A stretch of DNA of 56,535 bases, counting the filler, from Sphacelaria rigidula (Eukaryota), in assembly GCA_964200075.2 (NCBI GenBank). It is 4 parts of 4 records of this genome, joined end to end, with 100 filler letters (N's around TTAATTAATTAA, not from the genome) between each part and the next. Parts side by side here need not be neighbours in the genome. Positions count along the whole stretch, not along the records: positions 1 to 14,061 come from CAXNAA020002480.1; positions 14,162 to 28,221 come from CAXNAA020002481.1; 2 more parts are not named here. The stretch is one strand, 5' to 3'. Shown piece after piece: positions 11,721 to 23,255 of the stretch (the first letter of the stretch is position 1; every line of letters starts with the position of its first letter). The notes beneath the pieces are model-generated. The model was not told the origin of the DNA and did no database searches. It saw nothing but the letters and a program-made list of their open reading frames with translations. A program made the position numbers and the translations under genes.

Positions 11721-14061
11721 GCAAGACACAAAAGCATCGATCAAGCACGACATTCTACGAAACCGGTAGATAACACCTGGTTCTGAAGTGCTGGAGAATT
11801 AATTGGGAGGCTCGATGAACCTTTGAAGGACTCCAGCTTAACCAAGGATAATCTACCCTTCCAATGACCAAGGTTAAATCCCGTATTTTTCATCCAAGCA
11901 GCGATGACCCAAACCGACCAATTCAATTGCGTGTACTACCATGGAATGATAAATAGTTTCATCACCCCGCATTAACCGATCCGCTACGAATCGAGCCCCG
12001 GCCACAAGATAGACGTACCCCAAGGAAAATGGACGGAAATCGCCGCTCAAGGGAACTCGAGAAAGGGGGAAGGTGAAAAAAAAAGAAAACGAGGCAAATG
12101 CGTCGGGGACCCTGAAAGACGAAAAGCAAAAGCATGGAAAAGAAAACTCGGCAGACCCCTGTCGCATGCATCTCGGAAACGAGTCCGTTCGAAAATGAAA
12201 TGAACCAAAACGAAACTGATAACCCCGTGAGAACAGGCTGCAAACAAAGCTATCTGGGGACCGCACTATTCAGCAGGAACTCTAACCTGCGAGCGCTGCA
12301 GGGGCGAGACACAAACATGAAACGGCCCAAATAGGAGAAAATGAACGGAGTGAAGAAAAGCGTCAGAAAATCAAGAGAGACAGGAGGAAGCAAGGAAGCA
12401 GGGAAGACGGGGACAAGGGGACAAGGGGAAAAGAGAAAGAATGGAAGAAACAAAAGCAAGCGAGATACAAAACGAAGCATGTACAGGAACACAGCTAGGG
12501 ACGATCGTGAACGTTGCAAGCCAATTGGAGTAGTCGAAAACCAATAGAATGCGGCAGGACTATGCCAATTCCGTGCTACCCCTGCCCCTCCCCCGCTCAT
12601 TTCAAGTAAGGGCCAAAAAAGGCCATTCTTCGAGTACAGTTATGGGGGTGAATGAAGGCCGTACCGACCAAAAATCCGGGGCCCACAAAAAAAAATGAAT
12701 GCGGACGGATATTGAAGACGTATTGAAGACGTCATAGACTGGTCGGACCTGTGCCGAACCTGTGCCGAACCTGTGCCGAAAATGACACACGCTCCATCCT
12801 AAGTTACCCATGTTGAGTATGCAACAGATGTAATTTTTTTCATCGCAATCATCTCGAGATAAGAAGCACAGCGGCCTCTGGAACTTCACAGCCCCCAGCA
12901 CACACGCTAGACCTATACAGCAGCGCAAGCAGATTTGCTCCATTCGCCACAGGGGATCCAAAAAGTCCCAGAACGTTGCAGGAAACGCGTTTTTCAGAAC
13001 ATTTTGTGTTGGGTGCAGCGGTTTCTGAAGTGCTGGGCACGCGCACGGGAATCTGTCGCCACACTGGACAGTTCCGGTGTATGGGAAGCGCGCGCATCAA
13101 ACCGCAGTCGAATCCTCTACCTGGTTGCCGAGAAAATAGAGTTGAAAAATCGGCAGTTGTGGGTTGAGGACCAGCAGCTTTTACGGAGGTGAAAAATAGG
13201 AAATTCTCAGAAGCACGGTGTTTCGAAGTTTGAGAGAAAATCGAAATCCCGCGAAGCATGGGCGAAGTACAAGGAAAGAACCGGTCAAGACTTGACCTGT
13301 GCCCTGGCGGCCGCGCGCAAGGTCAAGGCGGCGCCTCAACGCGCGGAGAAGGCTGAGACAGAACTCAAGGCGGCCACCGAAAGGCTCAACGCGGTCACCG
13401 AAAAGTTTGACGCGTCTGTTTCATGTCAGAGTGTTGGGTCCAGGGCATAAGCTAAGCCGGTGCGCCCAATTTTTATTGCGATCCTTTGGTCCTTTCACAG
13501 TCGGGAGACGGCAATGATGTTTTCGGTAATTGACTATGAATACTAATAACAATATGTGAACAATGCAACATGGGACAAGCTTCGTTTTGAAGGGTGTGTG
13601 TATGTATCTTCCGTCCTGCCATGGGGTGCTGATTTCTTGCATGCGCTCGTGTACAAGGGGCAATTCGTTTGCCCAACATAAAGTACCATGAACCATATTG
13701 TTTGCTCTGATCAAAATCGGCTGTGTTGTGTCTACGCTATCGAGCGCACAAGCCAGGGCCTCAAGCGCGATCTTTTCAATGTTCGATGCACTGCCGTTTA
13801 TAGACCGAAGACAGCCATGACGTTTGCTGTCACTGCTGCCTGTGTGCATTAATAACAAGATAACAGGAGGAAACAATGAGACAATGAGACTGCACAGGCG
13901 GGATATTTGTGCATCGCCTCTGTACACCAACGACAATCGGAAAAATGTGCTGTCACCACTGCCTGTGTACGTTGATAACAAGCTACTCTGCGTTGCTGTG
14001 CAAAGCAACTTTGCGTTCCAACAGCAAGTACCCGTCACCTCTCGAATTGCAGTGGGTGGGG

Positions 14062-14161
14062 NNNNNNNNNNNNNNNNNNNNNNNNNNNNNNNNNNNNNNN
14101 NNNNNTTAATTAATTAANNNNNNNNNNNNNNNNNNNNNNNNNNNNNNNNNNNNNNNNNNNN
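14062..14161. other. Assembly gap linker (artificial)
   Basis: N44-TTAATTAATTAA-N44, which puts stop codons in all six frames. Confidence 0.97.
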
Positions 14162-15615
14162 ATTTTGGCTGACCTACTTTTTCTCGATCGTGAGACTGCA
14201 CGCGTTGAGCACCCACGTTGTGGAAAGAGTGTTGTGTTTAGCTAAAAAAAACGCCAACGAATGCAATAAAACAATCGAAAATCAAATCGGACACCGTTAA
14301 GGGCTCTTCTAAACATAACGGACTTCACTTATGGGATAGAGGAAGTACAGCATTAATGAATTTCCCAGGGTGTTCGCCACGATGGCGGTATGCAATTGAT
14401 GAAGTGCGTTACAACCACCATCCAAGGTTGGAGGGTATAGGGCTAAGCATCAATTGTGCGAATTCGAGCGTTGTACGTCATATCACACACGACTCTGTTA
14501 CAAAGCACACTTTGACAAGACCATTCACCGATTTCGAGTCATGACATGGTAACGTAGTACTCCAGTGGACTGAAGCGAAACATATGGTAGTTGTAGCATA
14601 ACTTTTCCTCACGATCTTCACGTTCCTATATTTTTCACCACTGCGCTGCCCTTCTCTGGCAGCACGGGTACGCGGAGCGTTCTCGTTCACTGACGGTATC
14701 TCAAACTCGAGGTTCCCGGTATATTTGACTGTGAATTACTATGGACAGTCTTGCGTCGAAATGAAATATATATATATATATATATATATACACTGGAATG
14801 CTCGCCCTATATTTGCGATTGCCCGCACTTGGCCCGCATACAAAAATCATTGCACTTTTGAACGTTAACTTTGCTTGTGCATTTCTCGACCGTGGGAAAA
14901 GGCACCCCATGAAACTTGGTGCACAAGTTGGACAAAGCACGGGCAGTATGTGCACCGGAGAACAGGTCCTTTCGGCCAACGAGCAAATTGGTGTCAGCAA
15001 ATACCGATACACCGTCGATAGACCCTCGAAACAGCTGTCTCGCAGGCCAGATTCTGTGCTCTGTGAGTGGAGGCGTATGTGGACATGGTGGTGCACTCAC
15101 TGCCACATCATGATCACCTGGAAGGTTACTGTGCTGGCAAACATAGATCAGTATTGGCACACCCTCTGGATGATAACAATCTGTAGAAAAGTCGTTCCGG
15201 TATCGTCTGTAGAGATGCTCAGCGCAAGAGTCACGGTCGTAGGCGCGGTGTCGTCGCTGCATGTCGCTGAACTTCGGCCATATGTCATGTAAACCACAAT
15301 CAACAAGCCCATGCGTCTAGATATGAGGTTGGGCGCTGCAACAGTGCGTCACGGGATGAAAAGGGCTTAGATTCTGTTCCGAAAAAAATGCTTTTTTTTT
15401 TTTTTCGGCGCAAGACTTTGAAGTTTACCGGGAACCTGGAGTTCGAGATACCTCTACTGACTGTTGAACCGTTCAGCCGTAAATTTCCTCTGCACTCTCA
15501 ACGCTCTTGTAGTTAATATATGTGAGCTCTAGCCGAGTCCACGTACCTCATGGTTGAATATCGTTAGGTCAGATATATATTTATTCCGTTCAAAATGTGT
15601 TGCCATGAAAAACAG

Positions 15616-18600
15616 AAGCAGATGGCAAGCAGCAGTTCGAGATGCAGGAGATGGACGTGCCCTCGCCCAAGCTCGCCGACCGACTGCACCGAGCAGGGGC
15701 GCGCGTCGTGCTCAGCTACGTACATCCCCACGCCGAGCTCCCCGCTCCTCGCTTGCCCGCCGGCGGGAGCTCTACAGGCGCCAACAGGCCATTAGATTCA
15801 GGCGACGGAGCGCGAAAGGAAGGCAATGGCAACGGGTCGGAGCGAAGCGTGCCCGGTGAAGAATCGGACGGCGCAACCGCCGGCGGGGCCAACCACGGCG
15901 ACGGCGGGGATGTCAATCAACACGGCCAGCTGACGGCGAGGACAGTCGCTGCGGGTGGTGCCGTGGACCAAGGCAGCACCGACCCGGCCAACACTGTTTA
16001 CACTGCCCTGCGCAGCTCGTCGGAGGTGATAGCGGCGGGTGAGAGGGATGAGTATACGTTCGAGCCCCCGCCGCGCAGGTATCCATCAGGGGCGGAGGGA
16101 CAAGACGCAGGGAACGTGGCCCGGTCGCCGTCACTACCGGGGCCATCGCCCGCCGGGTGGGGGTCACCCAGCTGGACATTCGATGGTCGGTTGTCGTCGA
16201 GTGGGGGTGGCGGGCCGTTGTCTTCCAAGGAGGCAGCGGGAGGCGCAGACGGCGTCGGCAGCGGCGGCGGCAACCCCGCCAAGGAGTGGCGGCAAAAGCG
16301 GATGTGGTCTAGCGACCATGTCGACGATAGCGCCGTGCTGCCCGCTGGCGGGGTGGGGGGCGGAGGTGGTCATAGTAACACTGTCGGCGGAGGTGGCGAC
16401 AGCGCCACTGTGGCGGAGGAGAAGGGGAGGTCCGAGATACGAGACAAGCGCCTCATGCCCACGACGCGCTCTGGTAATGACTCGGTAGCTCCAGGTGTGA
16501 ACTTGAGAGGTTCTATGAACGCGGCGAAGGCCGCTGATGGGTCTACCTGTGCTGAGGCTGGGGACGGGGCGGGGAAGCACGGACACCCACGACAATCATA
16601 CGAGACGGAGACAGAATCCGAAGACCAGCTGGCGGTGGGCGCCTCGGCGTTCGCGAGCTCGGCACCAACCGGCTACGGCGGGAATGTCGCAGTGGGGCAG
16701 CAGAACAGCAGGTTTTTCGCGGGCGCAGGCGGGACAGCGGGGGGGGCAGGGGGGGGCGTGGGTGTTGCGGATATTGACGTTGGAACGGGTCAGTTGTCGG
16801 CGCGAAGCGAGCAGTGGGTGGTGGAGATGGAGATGGCGTTTGCCTCGGAACGAAGGAGATGGGACGAGTGAGTATCGACATTCTGGAGAGCAGACGGCCT
16901 TTAGCTGTTGACTAGTTGTATCTATGTGCGTTCGTGTTCGAAGTCTGGAGAGGATGCAGACGAGGTCACGCTTTAGGCACGCGTGAGAAGGCGGGTGCCG
17001 ATAATGTGCGGGTTGTGGTACAGGTTTCCCGTTCGTCGCGCAATTGGCGTTGACACGGGGTCAGAGTCGTGAAGGATGATGGTAACGTGTATCAAAAACA
17101 TGACGCTGCGGGTGACTAGTGCCCTCAGTAGCTTCATCACACGGTTAGAGCAAACGCCTTGTGTTGGGAACCGTAAATCGCTCCTGAGAATACTGAGTCG
17201 TGGGGAAGATATCGTAACCCTTCACCCAGTCGAGCAAACAGTCAATTGAAGAGTCGAAGGTGTTGGTCTCCGAAACCAGTGACGCGGATTATACTGTCGA
17301 GAGTCTCGGTTGCCGAAAATGGTGTCCACGTCAGTTCCATGCACCTTTTCAAATCGGTTCCTGACATGTTTTGATTTTTGGTGCGTCCTGCGCGCCCCCC
17401 CCCTCCTGGACGTCTCCCAAGACACCGGCGCTGCTTGGAGGCAGAGTTGGACTGGGCTTTGGCTGCCCGCGCACGAGCAGAGGCAAGGAGTGAGGAGGTG
17501 AGTGTGGAAGCGGGAGTGGGACTGTAGAAGGCACCAATTTTGTCGATGTTTTTTTATTCTTCGGCCTCTCAAATGTTTTTTTTTTCTCGTCGGTTTTTGG
17601 GTTCTTGGGGAACACGGGTCTCCGACCTGTGGTGAGGGCCTTTTTAGAACAAACAAAAAAATACAAGAACAAAAATGAGTGTGAGAATGATGTGGCGTTT
17701 TTCGTTATTCTTCTTCTGTTGTCCTTCAAATTGGTTGCCCGTCAGCTCTCAACCGATGGGGGGGGCAAAATAACAACCCCCCCCCACCAAAACCGCCAGA
17801 ATCCCCGTCACTCTCACGGCGCGCTCTCACTTTTCTTGTCTTCTTAAAACGGGCCCGTAGGCCGGATTTTGGCGAAAAAATTAAAAATGAAATTATAAGA
17901 TCGATGATGATGACGGAACAGCCCACGTGTCGCTAACAGTTTCACGTCCTTTTGATCATTCTCATCGGATTGTTCCTCAGTTCTTTTTTCTTGAAATTAA
18001 TAAATAATGGAATGGTTCATTTTGATGAGAATGGGGTTCAGAAGGAAAATGCGCAAAGGAACGTAGTATAGCTGCTACACGTTGGCTATTCTGTCACTCA
18101 TCATAACCACTCCCACAAATCTCATTATCATTTTTTTTTTTCAACAATAACCCGGCCTAAGGCTAAAAATGAACTCTTGATTCCAGTGGACCCGACATGT
18201 GAGCGCACCACAGAGTGACGCCAAGGACCCTTAGAGTCCGTGAATATTGCACATCCTGAACTAGGGATTGCATTGTCAGAACCTGTACTGCGTATAGTGT
18301 AGAGTGTAGAGTGTGAAATCTGGTGTCATTTGCAATGGAATCATTTATTGTCCAGGGTGTGAAATGTTGCACAGGTCGGACAACTCATGGGCTACCTATA
18401 ATAACTAATCGACGAAGACCCCCAGACCCCTCGTCCATGAACACGAAACGCGTGACAGGAAGGTCTGAGAAGTCAAAGCGCTACCTTTGTGCTACTTCCC
18501 GTGCTCGGTGTCCAGCGCTGTAGGGGGCAGATTTGGAATAAGGGGCCGAATGAGCTAGCCCATGATCCGGATCACTACAGTAATGAGGTAGCTCGTGAGG

Positions 18601-21600
18601 GTGAAATGCTCAAGGGTGTGCCGGGCAATATGGGGTATACCCGATATTTTGGTATTTTGAGAAGACACACGCCACCTGCCTGAGTCAGTCACAATGACTT
18701 GTACGGGCTTTGAAGCTGGGAACAACAGCACTAGGCTGGCTGCTGCTGTCGACATGGGTCGCGCCTTTATACCCTACCCGACCTGCCCTTGGAAATGTTG
18801 CTGACTTTTTCATGAAGCCATGTATGTCAAACACGTGCAGGTATAATGCCGAGATGTCTCTATCCGCTCTATCGGCTCGTGTCATCGGTGGGGAAAGTTT
18901 CCACAGCACCACGGGTTATAATCAGATGCGTTGTATCCGAAAGTACAACGTTTGTTTATTGGGGTGGGGGGGTAATGAGTTTGGTGAACCTCGGCTGTTC
19001 GTTGTCACGTCTAGCCAAACGATGTGATTTAGTCTACTGTATTTGCTCTGACTTTGAAATTCGGCCGCCCTGACAAGGTTGAAGTTCTCGTTCAGAAACT
19101 AGATCATGTTTGCCATCGTGGGTAAGTTTGTAAATTAGTGATTTTTTTCATCAACGCAGGTCTCGAGTATTTTTCGAGATGAAAGTTGTGTCCTACAGAC
19201 TACTTTCCTGAGCCCTCGCGAGTACGTGATGAACCCCCACGCCTGGCAACCGCCCTCGCGATGATGACTGTTATGATTCTCAGGATATAGCCAGGGTGGA
19301 AGTGCTGGAGAGTCGTCTCACCGCGTGGCGAAGTGAGGTGCGTGAGCAGACTTTTCGCCTCACTTGAGATCCCACTACGTGCGCTGGGTTGGTCTCGTTC
19401 TACAACGAAAATTCATGCAGCCGGTGACGAGATTGTGCTTGTTCCTGAAGACCTGGCCCTTTATGTTTGCTGCATTACGAGCCTCAAATTTGTACTGTCA
19501 ATGATGACAAGCGTAAATTTATGAACGAAAGATGAAAACCAATGTCGAGCGCTGATAACACCCGTCTTATGGGCATTTCTTGGCTATTCTTGTGCGATCA
19601 TGTGTACATATGTACGTGTGTGTTTGCACAGCAGTGCAGCAGCGAAGTATCAGGAACCGCTCTTGACAAGGTACCGCCTCTTGGATTTCACTTTTGTTTC
19701 AAGTAAAGATGATGTCCACTCATGAGATAAGCACACGCCTGACCGTTCGATGACACGGCTGAGGGGATGAAGATGAGCGTACTTTCCCCATGTCTTTGAG
19801 GCTGAAGGTACTTGATCGATCGATGGACTACTCCCGTCGCTGCCATGACTTACCCTGCAAGACGAGTCGGGCGGTGCATATCTTGGATGATGACGATATC
19901 AATTCATTGTTATTTGTGACGGTCCACGTCAACCCATTCGGTCACTGACAGTTTCGCCGAGTGTGCAGCGAATAGCACTGTCTAGGTCGATGTAAACCGA
20001 CGAAAAGATGAGAAGCACCTCAACTCTCAACTCTCAGCACACTCGGACCAACGCCAGCAGAATTGTCAAGCCCTTCTAATGACAGCTTGTACCTCACCAG
20101 TCGACCGGGGTAATGTGCGTAGGGTGTGTCGAGTTTGAAGAAACGCTAGCGTGTTTGATATGTTGAGATGACTTCACTCCGCCGCCAGCCTCTGACCGTC
20201 AGCAAACGTACTGGTCTATGCAACAGCACGCTATGATCGAGGGAGACGTCAAGCAGGCAGTGCGGCTGTTGGAGATGAGCCTGTCGGGCCTAGTCTCGGC
20301 GGAGAGCGCTTTGAAAAAGTGGAAAGACCACATTCCGGAAAAGGTGAGTAGTCGTGGCTGGGCACCTCCTGAAAGTTGTGGAGGGGGCGGGGGAGTTGGG
20401 GGGGTGTAGTCATGATCTTGTATGCCGTAGTCATATGACCACTGACCTGGCATCCCTACAAAAAGCCGGGACGGAGCACGCACGGTTTTAGCCGGCCGAG
20501 GCTCGCAATCAATCACCAAGCGCGAAGCGCCGTGATGTGTTCGGAACGTCGCATGAGGGGCGACCTGCATCCCGCCAAGATTGTTCGGCCCGAGGCTTCC
20601 TGGTTATGTTGCACATGGATGACCGCCTCCAATAATTTGCTTCATTTTCTGGTATCGCCACTTCCAGAGACAGCCACGGGTTCCACACTGCCTCATGGGT
20701 GTCTCACCATTTCAACACTCGTAGTATGATCATGCCCCTCGCGTGGAGTTCAGGTTTTCCTACCCCGTACAAGATGATGTAGGTCGGCCACCATAATTGT
20801 TACCGCAAAAAAACGCAAGCTTGCAGAACAACCCGGTAACCTGGCTGCCTAGATTACGCATTTCGTGGCGTGTTTAACAGCGCCATTGCCAACCGACGCC
20901 AATCCCATAAGGGGGTATCCGGGACGGAGCACGCCGGGTCCTCGCCGGACCACTCCCGCAATCAATCACCAAGCCCGAAGCGCCGTGATGTGTTCGGCAA
21001 GTCGCATGAGGGTTGAGCTGCATCCTGCTCACATTCTTCGGCCCAGAGCTTACTGATTATCCTGTCATCTGGATGACAGTCTCCAATCAGTTGCTCCATT
21101 CTCTGGTATTGCCACCGGCAGAAACAGCCATGGGTTCCATACTGCCTCATGGATGTCTCACCATACAAACACTACGTAATTTGATCATCCTCTTAAGGTA
21201 ATTTCAGGTTCTCCCACCCCGCACAATACGATGTAGCTCGAGCATCATCATGGATACCGCAATTGAAAGCACGCGCAAAAAACTCCGGTAACCTAGTTGC
21301 CTTGCTTACGCAACGAGCGGTGTGTTTTAGAGCGTCATTGCCAACCGACACCAACCCCATGGAAGATTGTTGAGGGGGGGGTAAGAGAAAAAAATGCCAT
21401 ACGAAGTATGTATTCGTTGTTGACCATCGTGTGTTGTAGTTGATCGATGGCAGATTGTTGTGGTCAAAGCTCTGAGAGTCGCTGCCTCGTCTAGAACCAA
21501 AAGCGAGTGACTCGTTCATCGATGACAAAAGCAACGCATTGGTCTATCGAAGACCATGTACCACGGACTAGTGCCGAGTCAGCTTACGCCAGGGGGGCGT

Positions 21601-22016
21601 GCATCCTCGAGTGTCTTCGGTCCCCGTCCTCTCTCCAGTGCGGGATAGTGGGCGGATTACGAAACGAGTGTGAACAACAACCAGGGCCCACAAACTGGGC
21701 GTTCACGATCAATCTGCAGTGCTTGTAGTAGCTGCCTAAAGCATGTTACATTCTTGTAGGCTAGTACTTGATACTTTCGAATCAGGGTATGCGGTGATAC
21801 CCAAGCCAGGAACGTTCGATCTCCCTCCCTCTTTTCCTCCCTCCTGGCCATGTATGTGTATGCATAACTGTCCAATGCTCACTACATATTCGTGTGTTGA
21901 CATGTATAGATACATTTTGAATTCTTGTGTACCTACTGCTGCGACAGGCGTACGAAGACATCATGGACTGCCTCACGCGAGGAGACGGTGATGCCAAGGG
22001 ACCATTTATTGAATGA
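15616..22016 (+). CDS. 3' exons of a protein with a long Gly/Ala/Ser-rich disordered region and a C-terminal coiled coil; probably the same gene as the EB1-like 5' exons
   Basis: Exons 15616-16867, 17422-17497, 19284-19337, 19632-19670, 20203-20343 and 21948-22016 are phase-compatible with GT-AG boundaries. They read ...ASERRRWDE|HRRCLEAELDWALAARARAEARSEE|DIARVEVLESRLTAWRSE|QCSSEVSGTALDK|QTYWSMQQHAMIEGDVKQAVRLLEMSLSGLVSAESALKKWKDHIPEK|AYEDIMDCLTRGDGDAKGPFIE*. The first exon contains the GC-rich 409-aa ORF. Confidence 0.82.
20380..21362 (+). repeat. Dispersed repeat family B, two head-to-tail copies in an intron
   Basis: Units ~20380-20915 and ~20920-21362 share CGCAATCAATCACCAAGC.CGAAGCGCCGTGATGTGTTCGG. 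Confidence 0.82.
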
Positions 22017-22306
22017 TGCGCAAGCAGCATTTGATGCGCCGATCCTTTGTGTGCACGTCGATCGATCCAAGATTGAGAGTATCAAGAGCAATGGAACGTT
22101 TGTGGAGTTTTGGTGCAAACGGCGAGGGCGGATACAAGGAGAAGACTAGTGCTGTACGATCTTTTGTTTGACCGTCAAAGTGACCTTATTTTGGGTGCTG
22201 GTTGCACTTTTTTTTTTTCATCCTATTACTCGATCCCGTGAAACCTGTGAGTGCAGTCGCACTGTGATGATAGAAGGGCTGTAACGGCTCGGCCGTCGAA
22301 GTACGA

Positions 22307-23255
22307 GCCGGTCGATGATTCCGTGTTGGCTTCTAGGTGTTGTTGGTGTTTGTGCAGCAGTAGGGGGGACAGGGCGGGGGGTGATTTTGATCGCAATGTG
22401 CAGGTTGAATGTTTCCCAAACCCTCATTTTTTTTTCCCTTTATTTTCGTCATGATGTACTTGGCCTTTTCACGCTCTCAAGTAAAAGCTGAAGCGAAGGG
22501 AATTGAGCGAACGGCGATTTTTTTCGTCCACTGAAAGAGACAAAAAAAAAAGTCCTGATTTGTTCGACCAACCTCCTGATTGATTTCTGATGTTTCACAG
22601 TTGAGACAACAATTGATTCATGAAATGACGTTCGTTCCCTTGAAGTTGCCGTCGTCTCGATATATTTTTTCGTTTTTTGCTTTGTTGTGCTTGTTGTGCG
22701 TTCTGGGTCTTTTTTTTTCTTTTTTCTTTTTTCTTTTTTGCCTGTCGTCTTTTGTTTTTTTTGGTTTCACGTGGTTTGCGGCCGGTCGATGATTCCGTGG
22801 TGACCTCTAGGTGTTATTGGTGTTTGTGCAGCAGTGGGGGGAAGAGGGCGGGGGGTGATTTTGATCGCAATGTGCAGGTTGAATGTTTCCCAAACCCTCA
22901 TTTTTTTCTTGTTATATTTTGGTCAATATGTACTTTGCATTGTTACTCTCTCGAGTAAAAGCTGAAGCGAAGGGAATTGAGCATACGGCGGGGGTTTTCT
23001 TCGTTCACTGGAAAAGACAAAGAAAAATATGCTGATTTGTTCGGCCAACCTCGTGATTGATTCCAGATGTTTCACAGTTGAGACCAAAATTTATTCATAG
23101 AATGAAGTTCGTTCCCTTGAAACTGCCGTCGTCTCGATACTTTTTTTTCGTTTTTTGATGTGATTTCTGTTCCTTTTTTTTCGTCTTTATTTTTTGCCTA
23201 TTGCTTTTTGCTTTTTTGATTTCAGGTGGTTTGTCCTGGGTTTTTTTCGTGTGGG
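22307..23255 (+). repeat. Tandem duplication of a 474-bp unit with a T-rich tail
   Basis: GCCGGTCGATGATTCCGTG starts at 22307 and again at 22781; the copies are colinear through GCCGTCGTCTCGATA. Confidence 0.88.

Noticed and set aside
12747..12779. (ACCTGTGCCGA)x3 tandem repeat
   Set aside because: Simple short tandem repeat without spacers; no evidence of function.
13825..13990. Two ~38-bp similar repeats 123 bp apart (CRISPR-like?)
   Set aside because: Only two diverged copies, a spacer too long, eukaryotic context and no cas genes.
14062..14161. TTAATTAATTAA palindrome between N runs (three occurrences)
   Set aside because: Identical 100-nt artificial linker, not biological.
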